A stretch of DNA of 64,000 nucleotides from a bacterium (GTDB taxonomy: Bacteria; UBA8248), in contig OZ242260.1 of the NCBI GenBank assembly GCA_965207065.1, positions 3,872,001 through 3,936,000 of the forward strand, in the 5' to 3' direction. Numbering within the stretch: the stretch's first letter is position 1; every line of letters starts with the position of its first letter. Of the stretch, positions 26,940 to 37,080 are shown piece by piece. The translations under genes were made by a program, and so were the position numbers. The notes under the pieces are model-generated. The model was not told the DNA's origin. It searched no databases and was given only the letters and a program-made list of their open reading frames with translations.

Positions 26940-27796
26940 GCCCAACCCTTTTTCTGCGCCCATTCGTCCCGGCCATTTTTGGCTCTCGAAAACGCGCGCT
27001 CGAGCCCCTCGGATTCCGCCTCCTCCAGCAAACTGCGGAGACCCGCCAGCTCGCTCTCGAACCTGTCCAGCGCGTCCAGAAGCGCCTCCTGGTTGTCCTC
27101 GCAGATTTCGCGCCACATTTCCGCCCCGGAGGAGGCGATTCGGGAAAAATCACGAAATCCGCTCGACGCATGCCGGAGCGCCCCACCATCGAGGGCGGTG
27201 TTCATCATGGCGTAGGCCACCAGATGAGGAAGATGGCTGATGTCGGCCATCACGCGATCATGTGTCACGGGGTCGAGAATCTCGACGTTCGCGCCCACTC
27301 CCTCCCATAACGTGCGCAAACGCTCGATGGATTCGGGGTGTGTTCTCTCCGTAGGCGTCAGGATGGTCTGGTGCGCTTCAAAGAGAGTTGAGAAACTCGC
27401 TTCCACCCCGGTTTTCTCGCCTCCGGCGACGGGATGGCTCGCCAGAAATTTCACATCGCCCAATTCCATCGCCTCCACCGCACGCACGTATGGCGCCTTT
27501 ACGCTGCCCACGTCGGTGAGCAAGGCTCCGGGAGCCATCGCGGGTAAAATCGCCTCCGTCACCCGCACCGCCGCACGCACCGGGGTGCACACCACCACGA
27601 GGTCCGAATCGCGCACCGCCTCCAGGTGATCCGTTTCGAAACGATCCACGACGCCCAACTCAAGCGCGCGCTCGAGGTTGCCCAGGCTCCGGCCTGCACC
27701 GACGAACCTCGAAACGAGACCTCTCTCCCGGGCGGCCCGAGCCAGCGAGCCGCCGATGAGTCCCACGCCGATGATGGTCATCTGCTCGAAAAGCAC
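26936..27796 (-). CDS. tyrA: Prephenate/arogenate dehydrogenase
   Basis: GVGLIGGS, TDVGSVK, HPVAG, HD..SHLPH, GFRDFSRIA. Confidence 0.93.
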   Translation of the reverse strand: MLFEQMTIIGVGLIGGSLARAARERGLVSRFVGAGRSLGNLERALELGVVDRFETDHLEAVRDSDLVVVCTPVRAAVRVTEAILPAMAPGALLTDVGSVKAPYVRAVEAMELGDVKFLASHPVAGGEKTGVEASFSTLFEAHQTILTPTERTHPESIERLRTLWEGVGANVEILDPVTHDRVMADISHLPHLVAYAMMNTALDGGALRHASSGFRDFSRIASSGAEMWREICEDNQEALLDALDRFESELAGLRSLLEEAESEGLERAFSRAKNGRDEWAQKKGWA

Positions 27797-27857
27797 TTTC
27801 CTATCCTTTTCATATACCCATAAATCACATGAGATTATATTTGTATCTATTTGTTAT

Positions 27858-28946
27858 TTATATATTTAACACTTTATATAACGCTTTGATAACCTCTTCG
27901 TTCTCCTGCGGCGTTCCGATGGAAATCCGCAGGTGGCGCGGGAAACCGTACCCCGCCACGGGCCTGACGATGACGCCTTCTCTCAGCAGCGCTTCGTAAA
28001 CCTCCATCGCTTCGCCCACCTCGACCATCATGAAATTCCCCTGCGTAGGCACGAAGGGAAGGCCCATGGCCGACAGCTCGTACACGAAATACTCCCGGCC
28101 CTCGGCGTTCACCGCGACCGACCTTTCGACGTGCCCGGTGTCGCCCAATGCGGCCTGCGCGGCCACGAGCGCCAGGGAATTCACGTTGAACGGCTCACGG
28201 ACGCTCTCCATCGCCTGGGCGACTTCCTCATCCGCCACGCCGTAGCCGACGCGCAGGCCGGCCAGGCCATAGGCCTTGGAGAAGGTGCGCATAGCGACCA
28301 GGTTCGGGAATTCGCCCAGCATCCGTGCGGCGTCGGGGTAATCCTCCAGATGCGCGTAGTGGCAATAGGCCTCGTCCATGACGACGAGGATGGTTTCTGG
28401 AATTTTCCCCAGAAATTCACGGAGTTTCCCCTCCCCCACCGCCGTTCCCGTGGGGTTGTTGGGATTCGCGAGGAACACGATTTTCGTCTTTTCGCAGACC
28501 AGGTCCGCCATGGCGTCCAGGTCCTGGTGATAATCGCGCATCGGGGCGCGCCTGATCTCACACGAGCAGAGCTGCGAGACGATGTGGTAGACGATGAAGG
28601 CGCCCTCTGAGAAAACCACGGGGTCTCCAGGGTCCAGATACGCATGCGCGAGAACCTCCAGGACCTCGTTCGTTCCGTTGCCGAGGACGAAATTCCCAGG
28701 CTCCAGTCCGTGATGTCCGGCCAGCGCGTTTTTGAGATAAAAACCCCCGCCGTCGGGGTAGCGGTGCAATTCCTTGATGGCGCTGTTCACGGCTTCCACG
28801 GCCTTGGGCGACGGCCCCAGAGGGTTCTCGTTCGAGGCCACCTTGATGGAATCGGCGACCCCGAGCTCGCGCTCGAGTTCCTCCACCGGCTTTCCCGGCT
28901 GGTAGACGATGATGTCCGAAACGGGCCGCGCCCTTTGAAATCTCAT
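27858..28946 (-). CDS. hisC: Histidinol-phosphate / aromatic aminotransferase
   Basis: SNENPLG, NPNNPTG, DEAY, RTFSKAYGLAGLRVG. Confidence 0.95.
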   Translation of the reverse strand: MRFQRARPVSDIIVYQPGKPVEELERELGVADSIKVASNENPLGPSPKAVEAVNSAIKELHRYPDGGGFYLKNALAGHHGLEPGNFVLGNGTNEVLEVLAHAYLDPGDPVVFSEGAFIVYHIVSQLCSCEIRRAPMRDYHQDLDAMADLVCEKTKIVFLANPNNPTGTAVGEGKLREFLGKIPETILVVMDEAYCHYAHLEDYPDAARMLGEFPNLVAMRTFSKAYGLAGLRVGYGVADEEVAQAMESVREPFNVNSLALVAAQAALGDTGHVERSVAVNAEGREYFVYELSAMGLPFVPTQGNFMMVEVGEAMEVYEALLREGVIVRPVAGYGFPRHLRISIGTPQENEEVIKALYKVLNI

Positions 28947-29013
28947 TCCCTCTCCTCATGAGCCAGCGGCGCAAGACGCCTGCAAGTCTCAAAATCGCTC
29001 AAATCCGGCCATA

Positions 29014-29853
29014 TCAGCTTATCGTGCGCTCTTTTTCCAACACGGGATACGAACCCAACACGCGAACAAAATCCGCCTGATTTCTCAGTTCCGAAATTCC
29101 CAGCGAGATTGCATCATCTTCCGCAAAACCATCGAATTCCATATAGAAAACATATTCCCACGCTGCTTTTCTCGATGGGCGGGATTCGATTTTCGTCATG
29201 TTCAGTTTCTGCCGGGCAATCGGAGCAAGCGCCTGATGTAGAGCGCCCGATTCATTTTTCAAACCGAAGAGAATACTCGTTTTCGAATGCGACCCGGGTT
29301 CGGGCTTTTCGGTTCCGATGACGAAAAAGCGAGTCACGTTGATGAGTTCGGAGTCCAGCTTTTCCTCCAGAACCTTCAGGCCATAATGGTCGGCCGCCAG
29401 CCGGCTGCCCAAAGCCGCAAGCTTCGGGTCTTCAGCGGCCATCTTGGCGGCCAACGAGGTACTCAACACTTGTTCGATCTTGACGTCCGAGGCATATTCG
29501 CGGAGCCAGCGACGGCACTGGGCCACCGCATGGGGGTGGCTCAGGATTCGCTCCACCTCCTCGATGGATTTTGCGTTCGTGAGCAGGTGGATGTCGATGG
29601 GCAGACGAACTTCGCACTCCACCAGCAAAGGCGATTCCAGCAACCTGTCGAGGGTGATGTTGACCGTGCCCTCGATCGCATTCTCGATCGGCACCACGCC
29701 CCACCGGGAGCGGCGGCCTTCCACCTCATCGAACACGGCGTCGATGCTCTGTACGGGCGTGAGAGCAGCCTCCTCGCCGAAGCGCAGTATGGCGGCCTCG
29801 TGCGTAAAGGTGGCCTCGGGCCCCAGATAGCTCACTCTCGGCGAATCGTTCAT
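29014..29853 (-). CDS. pheA: Prephenate dehydratase (no chorismate mutase domain)
   Basis: YLGPEATFT, VPIEN..EG, NVTRF, ACT domain IESRP. Confidence 0.93.
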   Translation of the reverse strand: MNDSPRVSYLGPEATFTHEAAILRFGEEAALTPVQSIDAVFDEVEGRRSRWGVVPIENAIEGTVNITLDRLLESPLLVECEVRLPIDIHLLTNAKSIEEVERILSHPHAVAQCRRWLREYASDVKIEQVLSTSLAAKMAAEDPKLAALGSRLAADHYGLKVLEEKLDSELINVTRFFVIGTEKPEPGSHSKTSILFGLKNESGALHQALAPIARQKLNMTKIESRPSRKAAWEYVFYMEFDGFAEDDAISLGISELRNQADFVRVLGSYPVLEKERTIS

Positions 29854-30000
29854 ATCGCAACACCTCGATCAAGAATAACGCCCCGAAAACCGCGCTATCC
29901 TACCCCAAGGCCCGGCGATTGTGAACGCCCCGAAGCTCTGGCAAACTAGCGCGGTATACGGACGCCATCCGACATTTCATACGAATTCATGAGGAAAAGC

Positions 30001-31134
30001 ATGAAGATAACAGACGTGGAAGCATACATGCTCACCGGCCCGCCGGAGGAGCGCGGCCACTGGGTCAGCCATTACCCCGTCCACCAGGCGAACGAGTTGC
30101 TGATACGGCTTAAGACCGATGAAGGGCTCGAGGGTTTCGGCCTGGGCAGCAGCCGTCTCCTCATCAAGGGCGCGGCCGAGATGTTCAACGAAGGACTCAA
30201 GGAGCTCATCATCGGGGAGGACGCCCTCGCTCCCGAGAGGCTTTATGAAAAGATTTTCTCCATCACCCATCAAAAGCTCGCCTTTGTGAAGGAATGGTCC
30301 CGGAACGGGCTGCTCATCACCAGTGCTGCCCTGGACCTCGCCATGTGGGATATTCTCGGGAAAGCCTCGGGCCAGCCCCTGTTCCGCCTCTTCGGCGGAT
30401 ACCGGGAAGAAGTGCCCTGCTACGTCACCTGCGCCTATTACCGCGACGGGAAGGATTTGGGTGAACTGCGCGAGGAGATGGAAATGCTCCACGAGCAGGG
30501 ACACAAGGCGTTCAAGGCGAAAATCGGCGGCACCTCGCTGGAAGAAGACATGGCGCGCCTGCGGGTTATCCGCGAGGTCATCGGCGATGAGGCCGAACTC
30601 ATGCTCGACGTGAACAGCGCCTGGGACTTGCCCACCGCCATCGAAGGCGCGCGCCTGCTCACCGAAATCCGCCCCCGCTGGCTCGAAGAGCCCGTGCGCT
30701 GGTTCGACGACAGACGGGAACTCAAGATTCTCGCGCGAAAGACGGACATCCCCCTCTCCGCCGGGGAGAGCGAATCGACCGGACACGGCGTGCGCGCGCT
30801 GCTGGAGGAGCAGGCGATAGACATTGTGCAGTTCGACTGCACGCGCATGGGCGGGTTCACCATGGGGAGAAAACTCGCGGCCCTTGCGGAACTCAACCAC
30901 GTGGAGATCGCTCCGCACCACGACTGCTTCATCCACGCCCACATCGTGGCGGCTTCGCCGGCGGGCTGCATCGTGGAGTCGTTCACGGACCCCGAGCGCG
31001 ACCCGCTGCAGGCGGAACTCTTCGAGAACCCGCCCCGCATCGAGAACGGGACGCTCTACCTGAACGAGGAGCCGGGCCTCGGGCTCACGCTCTCGGAACG
31101 TGCGATTGAGAAGTTCGGGACGCGCATCGCGTGA
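30001..31134 (+). CDS. Mandelate racemase / muconate lactonizing enzyme family protein
   Basis: DLAMWDILGK, KAKIG, LDVN, WLEEP, AGES, PGLGL. Confidence 0.92.
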   Translation: MKITDVEAYMLTGPPEERGHWVSHYPVHQANELLIRLKTDEGLEGFGLGSSRLLIKGAAEMFNEGLKELIIGEDALAPERLYEKIFSITHQKLAFVKEWSRNGLLITSAALDLAMWDILGKASGQPLFRLFGGYREEVPCYVTCAYYRDGKDLGELREEMEMLHEQGHKAFKAKIGGTSLEEDMARLRVIREVIGDEAELMLDVNSAWDLPTAIEGARLLTEIRPRWLEEPVRWFDDRRELKILARKTDIPLSAGESESTGHGVRALLEEQAIDIVQFDCTRMGGFTMGRKLAALAELNHVEIAPHHDCFIHAHIVAASPAGCIVESFTDPERDPLQAELFENPPRIENGTLYLNEEPGLGLTLSERAIEKFGTRIA

Positions 31135-31199
31135 TGGAGCGATGGAATGATGCGCTTGTCCGAGCAGCCCTACTGTTTATTTGAGCTGCTGAATCTAGG

Positions 31200-32318
31200 T
31201 CAGGGCTTGCCTGCGAGGCTATCCGGCAAGCGATAACTCGTACTCCGCCCACCACCGGGATTCCGAATGAAAATCCCGCGGGCCCTTAAATCCTGAATAT
31301 CCCGAAGCGCCGTATCCGTAGAGCACTTCGCCAGTCTGGCGTATTTCGAAGTATGCATATGTCCTTCGAAATCATCCTCGAGCATACGATTCACGACCAG
31401 GCGCTGGCGTTCGTTGACGGGCTGCCGGTTCATTTCCCCCCAAAGCTGCGCCTTGAACAGAACTTTGCGCAGCGTATCTTCCGCATTGCCGAATGCGCGG
31501 CCCAGGCAATCGAGGAACCATTCCAACCAGTCTGTTATATCCGGTGCGCCGCGTTGTTGTTTTTCCAATTGAGCGTAATATTCCTTGCGCTCGGATTCCA
31601 TTTGTGTCGATAAACTGTAAAAACGATCCGCCATGCCGTCAGAACGGGCCAAAGCCATATCGGCGATGGCTCTCGCAATGCGGCCGTTGCCGTCTTCGAT
31701 TGGATGGATCGTGACGAACCAAAGATGGGCAACCCCGGCTCTCAAGATGGGATCCAGGTTGTTTTTGTCCTCGAACCATCCCAGAAACGACCCCATTTCG
31801 CCTTCGAGCCGACTCGCATCCGGCGCTTCGAAATGAACCTTTTCACGTCCAACGGGGCCTGAAATAATTTGCATGGGACCGGCTTCGGCAGTGCGCCAAT
31901 CGCCTGTTGTAATACGACGCATCCCGCTCCGGCCTGCCGGAAACAACGCAGCATGCCAATCGAATAAACGCTCTCTGGTCAGGGGTTTGGAATATTGCCG
32001 TGTCGCATCAAGCATCACTTCAACGATGCCCTCGACGCCACGGCTTGCCAGCGCGAGCCCGGCAGCATCGATGCCCAGGCGCCGGGCGATGGATGAGCGC
32101 ACCTCCTGGGGATTCAGGTTTTCTCCCTCGATGGCCGATGATTTGACCACATCACTCGTCAGCATACCGAGGCTCGCCTCAAGCCTGAGTTCAAAACCCA
32201 ACCCTTCCATCCTGCCGAGAAGTCGACCCTGCCGATGACGAACCTCCGCAAGCTTCGAGGCGAGCTTGCCCTCGTCCCAAGTGAAGTCCGGCCAGCTTTG
32301 ATGTTCGTGTATCCACAT
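31200..32318 (-). CDS. Fic family protein (DUF4172-type N-terminus, C-terminal HTH)
   Basis: WIHE..WPDFTW, SSAIEGE, Fic motif HPIEDGNGRIAR, KCSTDTALRDI..GGRSTSY. Confidence 0.92.
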   Translation of the reverse strand: MWIHEHQSWPDFTWDEGKLASKLAEVRHRQGRLLGRMEGLGFELRLEASLGMLTSDVVKSSAIEGENLNPQEVRSSIARRLGIDAAGLALASRGVEGIVEVMLDATRQYSKPLTRERLFDWHAALFPAGRSGMRRITTGDWRTAEAGPMQIISGPVGREKVHFEAPDASRLEGEMGSFLGWFEDKNNLDPILRAGVAHLWFVTIHPIEDGNGRIARAIADMALARSDGMADRFYSLSTQMESERKEYYAQLEKQQRGAPDITDWLEWFLDCLGRAFGNAEDTLRKVLFKAQLWGEMNRQPVNERQRLVVNRMLEDDFEGHMHTSKYARLAKCSTDTALRDIQDLRARGIFIRNPGGGRSTSYRLPDSLAGKP

Positions 32319-32323
32319 ATCAA

Positions 32324-32420
32324 TCACCGCATTATTTGCAGTGATTATGCACTTTATTCACTGCATAAGCAAGTATAATTACAGCACTAATTGCGGTGAA
32401 TAGCACTCCTGTTCACCGCA
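32324..32420. promoter_or_regulatory. Array of TCAC(C/T)GCA half-sites upstream of fic (putative operator)
   Basis: Copies at 32324, 32358, 32413 (forward) and 32337, 32392 (reverse). Confidence 0.5.
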
Positions 32421-32487
32421 TGGCATACGTACCTGGATATAAGCAAAGAAGGGTTGACGACGCCTGGTAAATTCAGCGTCTTTTCAT

Positions 32488-33810
32488 CTACCAAAACCGC
32501 CCGGCGGGCCGGTCGAGCCCATAGTGTTCCCGCAACGTCTTGCCTTCATATTCCGTCCGGAACAGCCCGCGGCGCTGAAGAACCGGAATCACCTCTTCAA
32601 CAAAAGCATCCAGCATCGTGGGAAAAATGGGCGGCATGATATTGAAACCATCGGCGGCGCCATCGCGGAACCAGTCCTCAATCAAATCAGCGACCTGCCC
32701 GGGCGTGCCGGCAAAAGTAAAGTGGCCGCGAGCACCGGCGAAACGGGCCAGAAGCTGGCGCAAAGTAAGACCTTCGTTACGCACGAGATTGACGACCAAC
32801 TCGGACCGGCTACGCATGGTTTCGACACCGGAGGGTGGAGGGAAATCGTCCGGCGTCAGCGGCCGGTCCAGCGGCAAATGCGAGAAATCATGTCCGTCGA
32901 ACCGTGAAGAGAGCGTACGGCGACCGATCTCCGGATCATTGTTCTCATTGAGATCCTGTTCCATTCGTTTTGCTTCGGCCTCGGTCGACGCAATCATCGG
33001 GCTCAGGCCAGGCAGAATCAGGACCTGGCTTGCATCACGGCCCGCCGCTGCCGCTCGCTTCTTGATATCCGTGTAAAACTGCTGCGCCGTCGCCTTTTCG
33101 AGGTGGGCCGTAAATACCGCCTCGGCGTGACGCGAAGCAAAATCACGTCCGGCATCCGACGATCCCGCCTGCACCAGCACCGGCCGCCCCTGCGGACTGC
33201 GCGGCAGGGTCAGCGGTCCCGCGACGCTATAATACTTGCCGCTAAAGTCGATTGGACGAATTCGATCACTTTTGGCGTAGGCGCCGCCTTTGCGATCGTC
33301 AACCACGGCGTCATCGGCCCAGCTGTCCCACAAATCTTTGACGACCTGGACAAATTCCTCGGCCATCAGGTAGCGGTCCGCATGACTATCCTGACCCGCA
33401 TCACCGAAATTGCGCGAGACCTTCGCCATCCAGGTGGTGACAATATTCCAGCCGGCGCGGCCATTGCTGATGTGATCGATCGAGCTGAACTGCCGCGCCA
33501 GGTTGAAGGCCTCGAAATATGTGCTCGACCCCGTCGCGATCAGCCCGATCCGCTCGGTTGCGACGGCGATCGCCGCCAATAAAGTGATTGGTTCCAGCCA
33601 GAGTCGCCCGGCGCGCGGCGCATCCGGCGTCAACATCAGGGAATCGGCGAAAAAGATCGAATCAAAATGCGCCCTCTCCGCGCGTTGGGCCAAATCCACA
33701 TAGTAGTTTACGTCGGTAAGCGAGGCCGTCGAAGAATCGGGATGGTTCCAGGCTGCCTCGTGGTGGCCCCGGGCTTGGATGAACAGATTGAGGTGAAGTT
33801 GCCTGGTCAT
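32488..33810 (-). CDS. LLM-class FMN-dependent monooxygenase (NtaA/DmoA/DszA family)
   Basis: AERAHFDSIFFAD, LEPITLL, GRAGWNIVT, PQGRPVLVQAGSS, LQRRGLFRTEYEGKTLRE. Confidence 0.93.
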   Translation of the reverse strand: MTRQLHLNLFIQARGHHEAAWNHPDSSTASLTDVNYYVDLAQRAERAHFDSIFFADSLMLTPDAPRAGRLWLEPITLLAAIAVATERIGLIATGSSTYFEAFNLARQFSSIDHISNGRAGWNIVTTWMAKVSRNFGDAGQDSHADRYLMAEEFVQVVKDLWDSWADDAVVDDRKGGAYAKSDRIRPIDFSGKYYSVAGPLTLPRSPQGRPVLVQAGSSDAGRDFASRHAEAVFTAHLEKATAQQFYTDIKKRAAAAGRDASQVLILPGLSPMIASTEAEAKRMEQDLNENNDPEIGRRTLSSRFDGHDFSHLPLDRPLTPDDFPPPSGVETMRSRSELVVNLVRNEGLTLRQLLARFAGARGHFTFAGTPGQVADLIEDWFRDGAADGFNIMPPIFPTMLDAFVEEVIPVLQRRGLFRTEYEGKTLREHYGLDRPAGRFW

Positions 33811-33917
33811 TGGAAATATCGGCTCTCATTGGGGGAAAGCAGGCTCGTTAAACATGATACTCAATTTACGAACAGGAGCACAAACTCGGCAAAAACCCCA
33901 TCAAGCCGGCTCTGAAA

Positions 33918-34090
33918 GGGGTTGTTGAAAAGCCTTTGTCCAGAGAGCACCCCCCCCTTGTCGGGGATGTTGAAAAACCCCGTTTCGAGACCGGGCGTAT
34001 ATTACTTACCGGGGAGAGAGAAGAATCACTCCCCCCTTGAGGGGGAGTGAAATTCAGCGCGCTCCTTCTGTGGACTTTTTCAACAGCCCC
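33918..34090. repeat. MITE/REP-like element with GGGG(T/A)TGTTGAAAA..TTTTCAACAGCCCC ends and an internal palindrome
   Basis: Left ends 33918-33931 and 33963-33977, right end 34076-34090, palindrome tcactccccccttgagggggagtga 34026-34050. Confidence 0.7.
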
Positions 34091-34343
34091 TGAAAAGGCC
34101 GATTGAAATTTCATGGTGTCGAACGGCGGGGCGACCCCGCAATCCACAACGGGACACCACAGATGTCAGAATGGGGAATTCTCCACCAATGAATTTCCTG
34201 ACAGCCTCCGTGAGACATCCCCTGAAGTGGCGCAGGAACTTATGACATCGCTCAGATGAGAGCCGTCGATTTCAGTCCGGCTTGATTTCTCGGCTAGAAT
34301 CAGACATATTGTTATTATATATAATTATACAAGGACAAATAGA

Positions 34344-34949
34344 ATGGCGCTGAAACTGAAAGAACAACCTGAAGAAATCTTCCGCAGACACGGCGGTCAG
34401 CTTCGAATGAGCAAGGCGCTCGCCAACGGGATTACGCGCTACACCCTGTACGCGCTCAGGGACAGAGGCGTCGTCGAACAGATCACCAGAGGCATCTACC
34501 GGCTTCGGGAACTGCCCCCGCTCGGCAACCCTGATCTGGTGACGGTGAGCCTCCGCTTTCCCAGGGCCGTCGTATGCCTCGTCTCGGCGCTTGCCCGACA
34601 CGGCATCACGACCCAGATACCACATGCAGTTTCCGTGGCTGTGCCGAAGGACTCCCGGGCGCCGTCTCTTGACTATCCTCCCATCAAGGCGCACAAATTC
34701 TCGCATGAAGCATATGAAGCCGGCATCGAAGAGCACCTGCTCGATGGAGCGCCCGTCAAAATATACAACCCTGAAAAAACCCTGGTCGACTGCTTCAAGT
34801 TCCGCAACAAGATTGGAATGGACGTCGTTCTCGAGGCGCTGAAACTCCACAAGGCGCGAAACGGATTGAACCTCGGCAAACTCCTCGAATACGCCAGGAT
34901 TTGCCGGGTCGAAAAGGTGATGCGGCCCTATCTCGAGGCGATCCTGTGA
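34344..34949 (+). CDS. Type IV toxin-antitoxin AbiEi-family antitoxin
   Basis: N-terminal wHTH (..RGIYRL), AVVCLVSALARHGITTQIP, YNPEKTLVDCFKFRNKIG. Confidence 0.88.
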   Translation: MALKLKEQPEEIFRRHGGQLRMSKALANGITRYTLYALRDRGVVEQITRGIYRLRELPPLGNPDLVTVSLRFPRAVVCLVSALARHGITTQIPHAVSVAVPKDSRAPSLDYPPIKAHKFSHEAYEAGIEEHLLDGAPVKIYNPEKTLVDCFKFRNKIGMDVVLEALKLHKARNGLNLGKLLEYARICRVEKVMRPYLEAIL

Positions 34950-34996
34950 CGTCCCCGAGGAACGTGCCCGTTTTTTGTTTTCCTCAGCCTGAGTAG
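34946..34996 (+). pseudogene. Probable truncated AbiEii toxin start (MTSPRNVP..)
   Basis: GTG overlaps the antitoxin TGA; first 8 codons resemble AbiEii N-termini (..KNVxASVRxRL); frame stops after 16 codons. Confidence 0.5.
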
Positions 34997-35027
34997 TCCC
35001 GAGAGAGTCGTATGTCACGAGCCGGAC

Positions 35028-35189
35028 GGGCCGCATATATGCGGCCCCTACACCAGGCTCACGACCAAAACAACATGCGGGGTGAGGACATAAAAGAGAC
35101 GAAAAGGCAAAGTCAAAATGGATTCCGGCTTTCGCAGGAATGACGGCGTTGTCCAATTCCGACCGTGGAGGGGATTTTCCAGCAACCCC
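35028..35189. repeat. Cluster of REP-like palindromes and a MITE-type end
   Basis: Perfect 20-bp palindrome gggccgcatatatgcggccc+ctac (35028-35051); tggattccggctttcgcaggaatgac (35119-35144); ttttccagcaacccc (35175-35189). Confidence 0.65.
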
Positions 35190-35211
35190 ATTCAGACTGC
35201 CGACACAAGCG

Positions 35212-36102
35212 TCATAAATACTTCTTGAACCAGTCGACCGCCTCGACCATGCCGATCTCGTGGTGCTCTGGGCTGCAGAAATAATAGGACTCGTAATGCT
35301 GCGCGCCGGGCAGCTTGACGATCTTCTTGGGCTCCCCGCATACCTCGTAGCAGCTGATTTGCTCCTGCACGGGCACGAGGAAATCGTTTTCCGAATAGAT
35401 GAACATGACGGGGCGCGGGGCGATTCTGTCCGCCACCCACTCGGGCTTGTAGCGCCAGCAGGCCTCTGCGCTTTGCAGGTCGTAGTCCTTCACGTAGTCG
35501 CTGTGTTTCTGGTGGTTCTCCTGGATGACTTTCAGCGTATGGGGGTCGCAGAGCATGATCTCGGGCAGCGGCATGGTGGTCGGCTCGCCGGTGGTGACGC
35601 GCTTTCGGGCGGCCTCCATGACCGTCTTCTGGAACGAATCCCACTCGTGCGGCCTCCTCACCGAGCGCATCCAGCGCTCGCCCTCGTGCACGCCCACTGA
35701 GGAGACCACCACCTTCACGCGCTCATCGAAGGCCGCCACCCAGATGGCGTTCGCCCCGCCGAAGCTCGTGCCGAAAATGCCGATGCGCTCCGGGTCCACG
35801 CCCTCGACCGTCTCCATGTAGGAGATGGCGTCGTAGGTATCCTGCGCCTGCTCCAGGGGCCGCTGGCGGCCGCGCTCGCCATCGCTCTTGCCGAAGCCGC
35901 GGTGATCGGGCGCCAGGATGAAATAGCCCTCCTCCCAGAGGCGCCTGGGAACGTCCATCCCGTAGACCTCCTTCATCCCGCTGTAGCCGTGCAGGCAGAT
36001 GATAGCGGGTCCTGGCGGGTCGCCCTTTTTCCAACCTTTCGGCGCATAGAGATGGGATGCGATTTTGAGGCCGTCGCTGTAGTAGACAATCTCTTCATAC
36101 AT
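35212..36102 (-). CDS. Alpha/beta hydrolase
   Basis: LHGYSG, DHRGFGKSDG, nucleophile elbow GTSFGG, D and H triad candidates. Confidence 0.9.
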   Translation of the reverse strand: MYEEIVYYSDGLKIASHLYAPKGWKKGDPPGPAIICLHGYSGMKEVYGMDVPRRLWEEGYFILAPDHRGFGKSDGERGRQRPLEQAQDTYDAISYMETVEGVDPERIGIFGTSFGGANAIWVAAFDERVKVVVSSVGVHEGERWMRSVRRPHEWDSFQKTVMEAARKRVTTGEPTTMPLPEIMLCDPHTLKVIQENHQKHSDYVKDYDLQSAEACWRYKPEWVADRIAPRPVMFIYSENDFLVPVQEQISCYEVCGEPKKIVKLPGAQHYESYYFCSPEHHEIGMVEAVDWFKKYL

Positions 36103-36193
36103 GCAGGTTTCCCCTCCAGGCTATGCCGCGAAACTCAGATTTATCTAAAATATTCAATACCTTACGGCGCATGAGCCGCCGGTAATGTGACCT

Positions 36194-37033
36194 TTATTCG
36201 CGGTGCAAACCCTTGAGTTCGCGAAGCAGTTCTCCTGTATCGGGCGCGCGCATGAGGGCCTCGCCGACGAGGATGGCGTCCACCCCCTCATCCACCAGGG
36301 GAGACACCTCCTCCCATCCGAAAATCCCGCTCTCGGACACCAGGACGAGCGATTTTCGCTGCTCGGGCGTGAGCCGCGAGAACACGCGGGAAGTGTGCCC
36401 CGTATCGACCTCGAAGGTCTTCAAGTTCCGGTTGTTCACGCCGAGTACGCGGGTTCCGGCCGCGAGGGCGCGCCCGAGTTCTTCTTCGGCATACACCTCC
36501 ACGAGCGCGTCCATATCCAGTTCTTCTGCGAGCGCGCGCAAATCCTCCAACTGCGCCGTCTCCAGGATAGCCGCAATCAGCAGTATGGCGTCCGCCCCGC
36601 CCGCACGGGCTTCCAGTATCTGGTATTCGGTGAAGATAAACTCTTTTCTGAGAACGGGCAGACCCACCGCTGCGCGCACCTGTTCCAGATGCGCCATCTC
36701 ACCGAGAAATCTTCTCCGCTCGGTCAGCACCGAAACGGCGGCGGCACCACCTTCCTCATAGGCTTTGGCGATTTCGCCCGGCTCGAAACTCTCGGCTATC
36801 TGCCCCTGGGAGGGTGAGGCCTGTTTCACCTCGGCGATGACGCGCATCAGTCCGCCGTCGGCATCTTCGCCCGCATCGGGCCGCCTGAGGGCGCCCGTGA
36901 AACTCACCGTGGGCGGCGCATCCTTCGCCATGGATTTGAGGTCGATTTCGGAACGCCGTCTCTTGTCCGAGGCGATGTCCTCGCGGACGCCTTCCACGAG
37001 CTTGTCCAGAACCGTATGCGTCGCAATCGTCAA
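36194..37033 (-). CDS. trpC: Indole-3-glycerol phosphate synthase
   Basis: IAEVKQASPS, SVLTE, GVNNRNL, VSESGI, LVGEALM. Confidence 0.96.
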   Translation of the reverse strand: MTIATHTVLDKLVEGVREDIASDKRRRSEIDLKSMAKDAPPTVSFTGALRRPDAGEDADGGLMRVIAEVKQASPSQGQIAESFEPGEIAKAYEEGGAAAVSVLTERRRFLGEMAHLEQVRAAVGLPVLRKEFIFTEYQILEARAGGADAILLIAAILETAQLEDLRALAEELDMDALVEVYAEEELGRALAAGTRVLGVNNRNLKTFEVDTGHTSRVFSRLTPEQRKSLVLVSESGIFGWEEVSPLVDEGVDAILVGEALMRAPDTGELLRELKGLHRE

Positions 37034-37080
37034 GACATCATGCTCCCAGCAGGAATCGACAATCTATGGGCCAGCGAAGC

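Noticed and set aside
34272-35156. 294-aa minus-strand ORF spanning the antitoxin
   Set aside because: Antisense to abiEi; its N-terminus (VIPAKAGIH, VGAAYMRP) is translated REP palindromes.
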